Source of the DNA: Saprospiraceae bacterium
GTDB lineage: Bacteria > Bacteroidota > Bacteroidia > Chitinophagales > Saprospiraceae
Direction of reading: 5' to 3'
Length of the DNA: 64,000 bases
Assembly (NCBI GenBank): GCA_020436785.1
Contig: JAGQXC010000396.1
Location: 9,752-73,751 of the forward strand
Position 1 is the stretch's first letter. Each line of letters begins with the position of its first letter. Under the pieces are notes generated by a model that saw nothing but the letters and a program-made list of their open reading frames with translations, was not told the DNA's origin and did no database searches. Positions 9,947-19,682 of this stretch are shown here, piece after piece. The translations under genes were made by a program, and so were the position numbers.

Positions 9947-10639
9947 ATGTTTCCGAAAGATGAATTTATGCGGTATGCCACCAAACACCTGGGCATGAGT
10001 ACCATGCACCTCGAGCATTACATGCAGGCATCCGCACCCCAGATTACCGGTTTTACACCCCAGGTGATCGAAGAGCGTCAAATGAACATTGTTGGCATGG
10101 ATGTCTTTTCACGCCTGATGATGGACCGCATCATTTTTATGGGAGTACCCGTCAACGATTATGTCGCGAATGTTATCCAAGCGCAGTTGTTATTCCTCGA
10201 ATCGACAGATCCGAAAAAAGATGTACAAATGTTCATCAACAGTCCCGGCGGTTCGGTGATTGCGGGTATGGGAATTTACGATACCATGCAATACGTTGCT
10301 CCCGACATTGGAACCATCTGTGTAGGTCTTGCGGCCTCCATGGGCGCCGTGTTGCTCTGTGCGGGTACAAAAGGCAAACGAACCTGCCTGAAACACGCCC
10401 GGGTTATGATCCATCAACCTTCCGGTGGAATGCAAGGACAATTTACGGACATGGAAATTTCATACAACCTTATCAAATCCATGAAAAAAGAATTGTATGA
10501 AATCATGGCCAATCATACCGGCAAGCCCTACGATCAAATTGAAGAAGACTGCGACCGGGATAATTGGATGACGGCCAATGAAGCCAAGGAATATGGATTG
10601 GTTGACGAAGTCCTGACACGTCCTACCGATTCCAAGTAA
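9947..10639 (+). CDS. clpP: ATP-dependent Clp protease proteolytic subunit
   Basis: 230-aa ORF. Contains INSPGGSV and the GLAASMGAVLL (active-site Ser) and HARVMIHQP (His) regions. Confidence 0.95.
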   Translation: MFPKDEFMRYATKHLGMSTMHLEHYMQASAPQITGFTPQVIEERQMNIVGMDVFSRLMMDRIIFMGVPVNDYVANVIQAQLLFLESTDPKKDVQMFINSPGGSVIAGMGIYDTMQYVAPDIGTICVGLAASMGAVLLCAGTKGKRTCLKHARVMIHQPSGGMQGQFTDMEISYNLIKSMKKELYEIMANHTGKPYDQIEEDCDRDNWMTANEAKEYGLVDEVLTRPTDSK

Positions 10640-10671
10640 GATTTTTGGTATCTAATTTGTACCTTTTTCAG

Positions 10672-10712
10672 GGGTTAAAGCACAGGCATTAGCCTTACTT
10701 TAACCCTTTTTT
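10672..10712 (+). terminator. Rho-independent terminator after clpP
   Basis: Perfect 9-bp stem GGGTTAAAG (10672-10680) / CTTTAACCC (10698-10706) followed by TTTTTT. Confidence 0.6.
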
Positions 10713-10717
10713 GTAAC

Positions 10718-10725
10718 TATCTTTG
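10718..10725 (+). promoter_or_regulatory. Candidate -7 box (TATCTTTG) for clpX
   Basis: Exact TAnnTTTG match 60 nt upstream of the ATG at 10786. It overlaps the TTG that starts the ORF-track model, which argues against that start. Confidence 0.4.
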
Positions 10726-10785
10726 CACTTTGCACGTTATGCAAGTGGCTTTTTCGCCATAAGCCACAGCCTAAAGCACCACCTC

Positions 10786-12027
10786 ATGAAAGGAAGCAAT
10801 GAAAATTACCGGTGTTCTTTCTGCGGAAGGGATAAGAATGAAGCCTTGATCCTGATCGCCGGTATCGACGGTCATATTTGTGAAATCTGCGTGGATCAGG
10901 CGAAAGAGATCATTGAAGAGGAGCTCCATCTGAATAAGAAATCCGGAGCATCCAAATACCGCCTGCCCGATAAAGTGACCCCTCAGCAAATCAAGGATCA
11001 CCTGGATCAATACGTGATCGGCCAGGATGAAGCGAAGAAATACCTTTCCGTTGCCGTCTACAACCACTACAAGCGGTTGAAACAGAATTCGGAAATGAGT
11101 GATGTGGAAATAGAAAAATCCAACATCCTTTTCATCGGCCATACCGGCACCGGGAAAACATTACTTGCCCGTACCATCGCCAAATTCCTGAAAGTGCCTT
11201 TTGCCATTGTTGACGCGACGGTATTCACCGAGGCCGGATATGTCGGCGAAGACGTCGAGTCAATGCTCAGCCGCCTGCTTCAGGCCTGCAATTACGACGT
11301 GGAATCCGCTGAAAAAGGCATCGTTTATATCGATGAGATTGATAAGATCGCCCGAAAATCAGATAATCCATCCATCACCCGGGACGTCTCCGGCGAAGGC
11401 GTGCAACAGGCACTCCTGAAAATGCTGGAGGGCACGGAAGTGAATGTTCCACCCCAGGGTGGCCGTAAGCATCCCGAACAAAAATTGATTTCTGTCAATA
11501 CGCAGAACATCCTCTTTATCTGTGGCGGGGCCTTTGATGGCATTGAAAAAATCATCGCCCGCCGTCTGAACACGCAGGTCATTGGATTTTCCCACGAAGA
11601 GAAAAGCCGTATCGATCGCGACAATATGTTGCAATATGTCAATCACCAGGATCTGAAGACCTATGGCCTGATTCCCGAATTGATCGGACGGTTGCCTGTG
11701 TTGACCTACCTCGAACCATTGGATCAAAGTGCCCTCAAGCGGATCCTGACGGAACCCAAAAACTCGCTGGTAAAACAATACATCAAACTGTTTTCCCTGG
11801 AAAACATCGAATTGGTGATTACCGAGGAGGCCATGGATTTTATCTCTGAAAAAGCCCTGGAATTTAAATTGGGTGCACGGGGACTTCGTTCCATCTGCGA
11901 AGCCATCATGACCGATGCCATGTACGATTTGCCCGGTCAGGATGAAATCACTAAACTGGTGGTGGACCGGCCTTATGCGGAAGACAAATTGCGCGGATCA
12001 AAACTCAGCAAATTAAGAGCAGCCTGA
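10786..12027 (+). CDS. clpX: ATP-dependent Clp protease ATP-binding subunit ClpX
   Basis: Zinc-binding N-terminus CSFCGR...CEICV. Walker A GHTGTGKT, Walker [11 protein letters not shown] place the start at ATG 10786 ([14 protein letters not shown]) rather than the TTG at 10723. Confidence 0.95.
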   Translation: MKGSNENYRCSFCGRDKNEALILIAGIDGHICEICVDQAKEIIEEELHLNKKSGASKYRLPDKVTPQQIKDHLDQYVIGQDEAKKYLSVAVYNHYKRLKQNSEMSDVEIEKSNILFIGHTGTGKTLLARTIAKFLKVPFAIVDATVFTEAGYVGEDVESMLSRLLQACNYDVESAEKGIVYIDEIDKIARKSDNPSITRDVSGEGVQQALLKMLEGTEVNVPPQGGRKHPEQKLISVNTQNILFICGGAFDGIEKIIARRLNTQVIGFSHEEKSRIDRDNMLQYVNHQDLKTYGLIPELIGRLPVLTYLEPLDQSALKRILTEPKNSLVKQYIKLFSLENIELVITEEAMDFISEKALEFKLGARGLRSICEAIMTDAMYDLPGQDEITKLVVDRPYAEDKLRGSKLSKLRAA

Positions 12028-12294
12028 TCCGGCTTCCTCAAAACAGTGCCCCACTCTTTTTCCGCAATCCGTCTACTGCACCCTATCCGTTTCCATTGCA
12101 CCAAGCTTTGCCGCTTTAGCCATGCTGGTTGGATCACAGAACTTTGAAACGTTTTTCGAGAAACTGCAACAAGTAATTCAAAATACTGTTGAAAGCGGAA
12201 TCTGGTTTCCATCCTGTATCTCGTGTTTAATATCTTCAGATCCGGAGGATGCCATCCAATATTTTTTCCTAACCTTGTGTGTTATTGAGCGGCC

Positions 12295-12990
12295 ATGGTG
12301 AAATATCTTTATTTGTTACTGGATGCATTTACACTCTTTTACCCACTCATGTCCAGTTTTGAACCGCGGATGAACTTTGTTTCCAAATGGGGACCCCTCT
12401 TCACCGGGATTGCCTGGATGGTCCTCTATTACATCCCCTGGGACATCCTCTTTACCATGAGTGGCGTCTGGGGATTCAACGGTATGTACCTGACGGGCAT
12501 TTCATTCCTGCATTTACCACTTGAGGAATGGTTATTTTTCATCGTGGTCCCCTATGCCTGCATGTTCATTTATGAAGCGGTCATCTACTTTGTACCTTCC
12601 CAGCCCTTGTTGCGAGTCAGCAAATACCTTTCGATCGCCCTGGGGGTGGCGTTATTGATCGTAGGTGGACTGTTTTACGCCCGCTGGTACACCAGCCTGG
12701 CATTTATTTCGGCAGGTTTGGGATTGTTGCTACACACCAGGTGGATAAAACAGGAATACATGGGGCATTTTTACCTCGCTTATCTATTTTGGCTTATCCC
12801 CTTCTTCCTTGTTAACGGAATTCTGACCGGTAGTTTTCTTCCCCAACCGATTGTGTGGTACAACAACGCTGAAAACTTAGGGATTCGCATGGGAACCATA
12901 CCCATTGAGGACAGCATTTATCTACTGCTGTTTATGCTGATCGTCACGACTGTTTATGAAAACAAATTGAAACGATTTCTTCTCGATTGA
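12295..12990 (+). CDS. Lycopene cyclase domain-containing membrane protein (fused CrtYc/CrtYd type)
   Basis: 231-aa polytopic ORF with two copies of the cyclase-domain motif: LPLEEWLFFIVVPY and IPIEDSIYLLLFML. Confidence 0.7.
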   Translation: MVKYLYLLLDAFTLFYPLMSSFEPRMNFVSKWGPLFTGIAWMVLYYIPWDILFTMSGVWGFNGMYLTGISFLHLPLEEWLFFIVVPYACMFIYEAVIYFVPSQPLLRVSKYLSIALGVALLIVGGLFYARWYTSLAFISAGLGLLLHTRWIKQEYMGHFYLAYLFWLIPFFLVNGILTGSFLPQPIVWYNNAENLGIRMGTIPIEDSIYLLLFMLIVTTVYENKLKRFLLD

Positions 12991-13089
12991 ATGCGAACAG
13001 ACTCAGCCACCCTACTACGATTCACCAGGCATTTTCGCAAATACTTCCATACAATTGGGTTAAATTTGCGGGATTTCTGATCCGACCCT

Positions 13090-14757
13090 ATGCTGGTTTC
13101 ACTGTACATAAAAAATTACGCAATCATCAAGGAACTGGAGGTTCGGTTCTCCCCGCAGCTCAATGTGATCACCGGTGAGACTGGTGCTGGAAAATCCATT
13201 CTGATGGGGGCACTGGGCCTGCTTCTTGGAGACCGGGCTGATACCAAGTCCCTCTTCGACCCTTCCGAGCGTTGTTCCATCGAAGGGACATTTGCTGTTG
13301 GTAATTACTCCTTATATAGCCTGCTGCAGCAATTAGGCCTCGATGAAACGGATCAATTGCTGATCCGGCGGGAGCTTTCACCCCAGGGCAAGTCCCGGGC
13401 ATTCATAAATGATGCATTGGTCAACCTCAGTGAATTAAAATCCCTGAGTGAGGTGCTTGTCGATGTTCATGCACAATTTGATACCCTTGAGATCAACGAA
13501 CAACCCAAACAACTTGAACTGATTGACGCCTATGCCGGCATTACCGAAATGGTCGCTGCCTACCGATCCGCTTATCGTCGATATCAACAGGAAAATGGTC
13601 GTCTGCAGACGATGCTTGAGCAAGCCGGCAGTCAGGAAAAGGAATTGGATTTCTGGAAATTCCAGTTGAACGAGTTGGAAGAACTCCAATTGTTCGCCAA
13701 AGAAGAAGAACATTTGGAACTGGAGCAGGAGGAACTGAGTCACGCTGAAGAGATCCGGATGCGTACCGGTGAGGCCGCTGAGTTATTGCAAAGTACTTCT
13801 CCGAGCATCCTCGATCAACTCAATAGTTTGCAGATTAACTTACGCCAATTGCTGGGCAAACATGTTCGCATCGAAGAACTAACCAACCGGATGGAGCAAT
13901 CCATCATCGAACTGACAGATGTCGCCGACGAACTGGCTGAAATCAGTGAAAAAAGCGAGTTCGATCCGGAACGATATCAGGAAATTCAGGAGCGGCTTGG
14001 AGCGGTCTATCGCCTTTTTCGTAAACACCAGGTACAAGATACCGGTGCATTGATTGACATTCAGCAGCAATTGCATGCGAATATTGAACAGGTAGAACAT
14101 TCCGGAGAAGAAATCGAAGCATTGACACAAGCCGTAAAACAATTGGAGAAGAGTTGTTTTGAACAGGGTCGCAAGATCCACGAACAACGGGTTAAGTCCA
14201 TTGGTGGCCTTGAGAAAGCAGTGGTCGGTGGTCTAACGGACCTGGCGATGGAATCTGCCCAGTTTAAGGTCGAATTATCCGGTGAAGACCGCTTGCATCC
14301 CGATGGCATCGATCGTGTTGTTTTCCTGTTTTCCGCCAATAAAGGGGCCCGGCTGTTGCCTATCAAACGGATTGCTTCCGGTGGCGAATTAAGCCGGTTG
14401 AACCTGGTCCTTAAATCCCTGGTTGCAACGAAAATGACCATGCCGACTCTGATTTTCGATGAAATTGACAGCGGAATTTCCGGCTATGTTTCAGACCGGA
14501 TGGGCAACATGATGCGCGCGTTGGCACAAAATCACCAGATTCTCTGCATCACCCATTCTCCTCAGATCGCTGCCAAAGGCAACTACCATTATTTTGTTTA
14601 CAAAGAAGAAAAAGCAGGCCGGACGGAAACAAACGTCAAATTACTTGGTCCGGAAGACCGGATTACAGAACTTGCAATCATGTTAAGTACCAATCCACCC
14701 ACTGCCAGCGCACTGGCCAATGCACGAGAATTATTAGCAAACCCTGCAAAAGGATAG
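13090..14757 (+). CDS. recN: DNA repair protein RecN
   Basis: 555-aa ORF. Walker A GETGAGKS, long coiled-coil middle region, C-terminal ASGGELSR signature and FDEIDSG. Confidence 0.93.
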   Translation: MLVSLYIKNYAIIKELEVRFSPQLNVITGETGAGKSILMGALGLLLGDRADTKSLFDPSERCSIEGTFAVGNYSLYSLLQQLGLDETDQLLIRRELSPQGKSRAFINDALVNLSELKSLSEVLVDVHAQFDTLEINEQPKQLELIDAYAGITEMVAAYRSAYRRYQQENGRLQTMLEQAGSQEKELDFWKFQLNELEELQLFAKEEEHLELEQEELSHAEEIRMRTGEAAELLQSTSPSILDQLNSLQINLRQLLGKHVRIEELTNRMEQSIIELTDVADELAEISEKSEFDPERYQEIQERLGAVYRLFRKHQVQDTGALIDIQQQLHANIEQVEHSGEEIEALTQAVKQLEKSCFEQGRKIHEQRVKSIGGLEKAVVGGLTDLAMESAQFKVELSGEDRLHPDGIDRVVFLFSANKGARLLPIKRIASGGELSRLNLVLKSLVATKMTMPTLIFDEIDSGISGYVSDRMGNMMRALAQNHQILCITHSPQIAAKGNYHYFVYKEEKAGRTETNVKLLGPEDRITELAIMLSTNPPTASALANARELLANPAKG

Positions 14758-14761
14758 CCTT

Positions 14762-15568
14762 ATGAGTTATGGATTACTTGCCGGCAAGACCGGAATTGTA
14801 TTTGGTGCTCTCGACGATCAATCGATTGCATGGAAAGTCGCTGAAAAAGCAGTGGATGAGGGAGCACGTATTGTTTTATCCAATGCGCCGGTGGCCTTGC
14901 GCTTTGGCAAGATCCAGGAACTGGGTGAAAAATTGGATGCCCCGGTCATTGCGGCTGATGCCACATCCATGGATGACCTGCAGCAATTGTTGACCCAGTC
15001 CATGGAGCACCTCGGAGGTCCGGTTGATTTTATCCTCCATTCCATTGGTATGTCGCTCAATGTGCGCAAAAACAAAGCATATACCGACCTTAATCACGAA
15101 TGGATGCTGAAAACCTTTGATATATCTGCCATCTCATTCCATAAATTGATGCAATCGGCTTATCATATGGATGCTGTTAAGGATTGGGGCTCTATCGTGG
15201 CGCTTACCTACATCGCCGCACAGCGCGTCTTTCCCGACTACAACGAAATGGCTGAATCCAAAGCGCTGCTGGAGTCCTTTGCACGCAGTTTTGGCTACCA
15301 CTATGGCGTAAAAAACCACGTCAGGGTCAATACCATTTCCCAATCGCCAACCTGGACGACCGCCGGTAGTGGAGTAAAAGGTTTCAAGACATTCTTCGAT
15401 TATGCCGATCAAATGTCTCCCCTGGGCAACGCCACCGCCGAAGAATGTGCCAATTATTGTACTTTTTTATTCTCCGACCTGAGCCGTAAAGTGACCATGC
15501 AAAACCTGTATCATGACGGGGGGTATTCATCGATGGGTATAAATCCTGCCTTATTCGATCAAGAATAG
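14762..15568 (+). CDS. fabI: Enoyl-[acyl-carrier-protein] reductase FabI (SDR family)
   Basis: 268-aa ORF. Contains GKTGIVFGALDDQSIAW and the Y-x6-K region PDYNEMAESKALLE. Confidence 0.85.
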   Translation: MSYGLLAGKTGIVFGALDDQSIAWKVAEKAVDEGARIVLSNAPVALRFGKIQELGEKLDAPVIAADATSMDDLQQLLTQSMEHLGGPVDFILHSIGMSLNVRKNKAYTDLNHEWMLKTFDISAISFHKLMQSAYHMDAVKDWGSIVALTYIAAQRVFPDYNEMAESKALLESFARSFGYHYGVKNHVRVNTISQSPTWTTAGSGVKGFKTFFDYADQMSPLGNATAEECANYCTFLFSDLSRKVTMQNLYHDGGYSSMGINPALFDQE

Positions 15569-15603
15569 CCGGGGCTTACACGTTATATCAACAAATCCAG
15601 TCG

Positions 15604-17532
15604 ATGCGTCAATGGTTTTGGGTCTTCCTGATCTTGTGCTCCGGCACAACCTTACTACAAGGACAGGTCAATCCGAATGCCAACCGGCGAGCTCCCCTGG
15701 ACAGGACACCGGTCGTCGACACCCTGGCTGATTCATTGCAGGTGATCGAAGAGGTGGATACGGTTGCCCTTCAATATTTTTATCAGAATGACCCGTTCGT
15801 CTTTTACCCGATTACGGATACTTCTCTGTATCCGGAGTTGAATCAATACGATCCCAGCCGGCGCAGCAACTGGATGTATGCCCACCTGGGCAATTTGGGA
15901 TCCCCGGCCCGGCCGCTAATTTGGAAACCGGAAAGGCAAACCGGATTTGACCTGGGATTGCACCTTTACGACCTGTATACCATACAACGAACCACCTTGC
16001 GGTCATACATTGTGGGAAAACCCTTAAGTGATCTTTCCTTTTCCCAGGGGGCTACCCAGGAACAAAGTTATCTGCGGACCCTGTTCAGCCGAAACTTCAG
16101 CCGGGGTATTCATTTGGACGTCGATTTTACCCGCCACAACCAGAATGGCATTTACATCAACCAGGCTCTCCGTGGGAGTTATCTCCAGAGTACCTTGTGG
16201 TTCAAACACAAGAATGGTCGCTACCAGGGATTCCTGAACTATCTCTTAAACCATGTTCAAGGCGAAGAAAACGGAGGGCTACCTGATTTGTCTCTTTTTG
16301 GTACGCCCCGAAGCGGCAATAAACAAATTTTCCCGGTCAATCTTTCGGATGCTACCTCGGACGATCGTGATCAAACGTTTGAACTGAAACAATTCTTAAG
16401 ACTCAATGGTGATAGTATTCAAAGGCCATCCTGGACCACCGACCTGCAGGCTAATCTCTACTATACCTCAAGACGATCTTCTTTTTTGAATATTGGCATT
16501 CCGGATGAGCCAACCTACTTTTCTCCCTGGGATCAAATTGGCCGCGATACCATCAGCCGGTTTGTCCGGGACCGGTCCCTGGGTTTTGATGCCTATTTTT
16601 GGCTGCAGCACCCGGATACCATTGCCCTGCATGCCTGGCGCCTGAAAGCGGGAATGGAATACGCTTCCCATCATCTGATTCAGGATACCACCGGCACCGG
16701 CAGTCAAATTCATGTGCTTGCACTGGTAGGAATGTTACAGGTTCCATTTACCCATACCACGACTCTCCAGGCCAACGCCAGGTTGTTCACAGGCACGAGG
16801 ACCGGTGATCTGGAACTGCAGGGACAAATGATTCAACAACTGGCACCCGGACAATATTTCCGTGCTGAAGCGGGAATCAACCGGTACCATGCCTCCTATC
16901 TGGAATCGCAATTCTGGATAAGTGACACCCTGGTTTGGGATCAGGACTGGAAAGCCTTGTCGGCTTTATATACCAACATTTCCATTGAGCTACCCCGGTT
17001 TGACTTTCTGGTACGGGGAAGTGCCTACCGGTTGGGGAACTGGCTCTATTATAATCGTGATAAACAACCTGAAAACGGTGGAGCCATCCAGATCTGGCAA
17101 TTGGAAGCAAAGAAATCTTTTCACCTGGGCATCCTGCACAGTTATCACCAGATCGTTGCTCAAAATAGCAACCGTCCGGAAGCACTTCCATTACCTGCCT
17201 GGGTGATGCGCCATGGTATTTATCTGGAGTCCAATTTATTCAAAAAGCACCTGCATTTTCAACTGGGACTGGACGGCCGCTGGCAGTCGGAATACACCCC
17301 TCCTACCTATTTCCCCCTAACGGGACAATTTTACAATCAAACAAACTGGACGACATCCAAGCAACCGTGGCTGGAAGCATTTTTCCAGTTTGAAGTCAAG
17401 AGTCTGCGAGGATTTGTCAAATATGAAAATCTCTGGAACCTGTGGTCAGAGGATCCGTATTTTCAGCATCCGTTGTATCCTTATTTTGATGCCGGACTGC
17501 GGCTGGGATTGCGATGGATATTACGGAATTAA
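15604..17532 (+). CDS. Large outer-membrane protein, putative porin family (Bacteroidota-specific)
   Basis: 642-aa ORF. Signal peptide MRQWFWVFLILCSGTTLLQGQ. Aromatic-rich beta-strand periodicity to the end (...GLRLGLRWILRN). The family assignment is from memory of the motif LGNLGSPARP and is tentative. Confidence 0.5.
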   Translation: MRQWFWVFLILCSGTTLLQGQVNPNANRRAPLDRTPVVDTLADSLQVIEEVDTVALQYFYQNDPFVFYPITDTSLYPELNQYDPSRRSNWMYAHLGNLGSPARPLIWKPERQTGFDLGLHLYDLYTIQRTTLRSYIVGKPLSDLSFSQGATQEQSYLRTLFSRNFSRGIHLDVDFTRHNQNGIYINQALRGSYLQSTLWFKHKNGRYQGFLNYLLNHVQGEENGGLPDLSLFGTPRSGNKQIFPVNLSDATSDDRDQTFELKQFLRLNGDSIQRPSWTTDLQANLYYTSRRSSFLNIGIPDEPTYFSPWDQIGRDTISRFVRDRSLGFDAYFWLQHPDTIALHAWRLKAGMEYASHHLIQDTTGTGSQIHVLALVGMLQVPFTHTTTLQANARLFTGTRTGDLELQGQMIQQLAPGQYFRAEAGINRYHASYLESQFWISDTLVWDQDWKALSALYTNISIELPRFDFLVRGSAYRLGNWLYYNRDKQPENGGAIQIWQLEAKKSFHLGILHSYHQIVAQNSNRPEALPLPAWVMRHGIYLESNLFKKHLHFQLGLDGRWQSEYTPPTYFPLTGQFYNQTNWTTSKQPWLEAFFQFEVKSLRGFVKYENLWNLWSEDPYFQHPLYPYFDAGLRLGLRWILRN

Positions 17533-18251
17533 AGCTCGTAATTTGGTTTGAGCCGGCCCTTGTCTTCCTGATAGAATGCATTGATGATGGAAACCACTTC
17601 TTCAATGTCATCAGTGACCGGCAATAGTTCCAGATCCTTAGGGTTGATGTTGTGTTCTACTTCCAGCATGGTTGATTGAATCCATGCGATCAATCCACTC
17701 CAGAACTGAGTACCAACCAGGATCACCGGTACATTGGTGATCTTCTTGGTTTGAATCAACGTGATGACTTCAAAGAGTTCATCCATAGTACCGAATCCGC
17801 CAGGCAAAACCACAAAAGCCTGGGCGTATTTGACAAACATTACCTTTCGCACGAAGAAATAACGGTGATCCAGGTTTTTGTCATCGTCAATAAAAGGGTT
17901 GTGGTTTTGCTCAAAAGGTAGATGAATATTTAGCCCAACCGAGATACCTCCCCGTAAATAAGCTCCTTTATTGGCGGCCTCCATGATGCCCGGGCCACCT
18001 CCGGTGATGATCCCATAGCCTTCTTCGGTAAGGCGTTCGGCTATTTCGACGGCTTTTTGATACGAAGGGTGATCGGGTTTGGTGCGGGCAGAACCAAAAA
18101 TAGATACGCATGGTCCGATCCGATTCAGCGTTTCAAATCCATCCACCAGTTCAGCGATGACTTTGAACATCGTCCAAGAATTTTCGCCTTTCAGGGTCGT
18201 CCATTGTTTCATGGTCCTGGTAGGACGAGGTTTCTGCATCGAATCAGACAT
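17529..18251 (-). CDS. LOG family protein (TIGR00730 Rossmann fold; cytokinin riboside 5'-monophosphate phosphoribohydrolase-like)
   Basis: 240-aa ORF with GGGPGIMEA and PGGFGTMDELFE motifs. Confidence 0.85.
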   Translation of the reverse strand: MSDSMQKPRPTRTMKQWTTLKGENSWTMFKVIAELVDGFETLNRIGPCVSIFGSARTKPDHPSYQKAVEIAERLTEEGYGIITGGGPGIMEAANKGAYLRGGISVGLNIHLPFEQNHNPFIDDDKNLDHRYFFVRKVMFVKYAQAFVVLPGGFGTMDELFEVITLIQTKKITNVPVILVGTQFWSGLIAWIQSTMLEVEHNINPKDLELLPVTDDIEEVVSIINAFYQEDKGRLKPNYEL

Positions 18252-18359
18252 ATACTATGTATTTTAATGGATGCGTAAGGTATAAAACGGACGCTAATGG
18301 GTTATTGTTTTGCCGGCTTATCGGTTAAAAAGCCGGCGAATGATGCCGGCTTCCGATAT

Positions 18360-19646
18360 TTAGATTTCTGCTACGTCACGGAAAGACTCATATTCTTTAT
18401 CGATGTAGGCCTTCACATCCTGCAGGGATTTGAAACTTCGGAACAATTCGTGGACCTGCCGGGTAGGACCCTGGTCAGCAGGGAAAACGTAGTTGAGTAC
18501 ATCTTTGGCCGAGATCTCACTTTCACCCAGAATGATCAGCCGCTCGACGACGTTGCGCAACTCGCGGATATTACCGGACCAATGCATTTCCTGCAAGGTC
18601 GCCAATGCTTTTTCAGTAAATCCCTTCGTCGGAATGCCGTAGTCTGCACAAATCATTTCACTGAAGTGATTGACCAGTTGGGGAATATCGTCTTTACGTT
18701 GATCCAGCGCCGGTACGTCGATGATGATCACCGCCAGGCGATGGTACAAGTCTTCCCGGAAGCGTCCTTTCTCAATTTCCTTACGTAAATCTTTATTGGT
18801 AGCCGCAACGACACGGACATCGACCTTGATCTCGCGATCTCCGCCGACACGGACGATCTTGTATTCCTGGAGCGCCCTGAGCACTTTGGCCTGGGCCGAT
18901 AAGCTCATATCGCCGATTTCATCGAGGAAAAGGGTTCCTCCATTGGCCTGTTCGAATTTACCTATACGTTGTTTGATGGCGGATGTAAAGGCCCCTTTCT
19001 CGTGCCCGAACAACTCTGATTCGATGAGTTCGGAGGGAATGGCTGCACAGTTGACTTCCACAATTGGATTTTCCCGCCGGTGGCTTTTTTCATGTACCCA
19101 ACGTGCTACCAGCTCTTTCCCGGTACCATTTTGGCCGGTGACCAGAATTCGTGCTTCCGTGGGTGCTACGCGCTCGATGGTTTCTTTGATCAAGCGGATG
19201 GGTTCAGATTCCCCGATGATTTCCTGCACCTTGCTTTTAGCCACTTTATGCTGCAACACCCGCTGCTGGGATATCAGGCTGCTGCGATCCATTGCATTGC
19301 GCAAGGTAATCAGCATCCGGTTCAGATCCGGTGGCTTGGATATGAAATCGAAGGCACCTTTCTTAACCGCTTCGACGGCCGTATCAATCGTAGCGTGACC
19401 GGAGATCATGACCACCGGCGTATCCGGGCTGATCACCTGTATGCGGTCCAGTGCTTCCATCCCATCCAGGTTTGGCATTTTGATGTCCAATAGAATGACA
19501 TCGTAGTTATTTTGCTTCACCTTAGTCAGGCAATCCAGACCATCGATGGCTTCATCGACCGTATATTTTTCAAATTCCAGAATCTCTTTAAGGGTTCTCC
19601 GAATGCTTTTTTCGTCATCTACGATTAATATGCGAGCCATATTCAC
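18360..19646 (-). CDS. Sigma-54-dependent response regulator (receiver + AAA+ EBP) with no recognisable C-terminal HTH
   Basis: 428-aa ORF. Receiver ILIVDDE...LLDIKMPNLDG. Walker A GQNGTGKE, Walker B LFLDEIGD. Sigma-54 contact loop GHEKGAFTSA. R-finger region NIRELRNVVER. Only about 50 residues follow, with no Fis-type HTH pattern. Confidence 0.88.
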   Translation of the reverse strand: MNMARILIVDDEKSIRRTLKEILEFEKYTVDEAIDGLDCLTKVKQNNYDVILLDIKMPNLDGMEALDRIQVISPDTPVVMISGHATIDTAVEAVKKGAFDFISKPPDLNRMLITLRNAMDRSSLISQQRVLQHKVAKSKVQEIIGESEPIRLIKETIERVAPTEARILVTGQNGTGKELVARWVHEKSHRRENPIVEVNCAAIPSELIESELFGHEKGAFTSAIKQRIGKFEQANGGTLFLDEIGDMSLSAQAKVLRALQEYKIVRVGGDREIKVDVRVVAATNKDLRKEIEKGRFREDLYHRLAVIIIDVPALDQRKDDIPQLVNHFSEMICADYGIPTKGFTEKALATLQEMHWSGNIRELRNVVERLIILGESEISAKDVLNYVFPADQGPTRQVHELFRSFKSLQDVKAYIDKEYESFRDVAEI

Positions 19647-19674
19647 CTCTTTTTTTCTTTCAATGTATCGGGAT

Positions 19675-19682
19675 CAAAGATA
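19675..19682 (-). promoter_or_regulatory. Candidate -7 box (TATCTTTG on the minus strand) for the sigma-54 response-regulator gene
   Basis: The reverse complement of 19675-19682 is TATCTTTG, 29 nt upstream of the ATG at 19646. It overlaps the right arm of an 8-bp inverted repeat (19662-19669 / 19679-19686). Confidence 0.4.

Noticed and set aside
10723-10785. The TTG-initiated N-terminal extension of clpX, and the TTG extension of porU at 32160-32192, as given in the ORF track.
   Set aside because: The clpX extension overlaps a terminator/-7-box region and adds a non-conserved peptide before the zinc-finger N-terminus. The porU extension precedes an ATG followed by a proper signal peptide (MNLRRIFLLPVLASS). 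I used the ATG starts.
12987-13178. 63-aa plus-strand ORF bridging the lycopene-cyclase gene and recN.
   Set aside because: It overlaps the recN start in another frame, has no motif, and has an arbitrary composition. It is most likely spurious.
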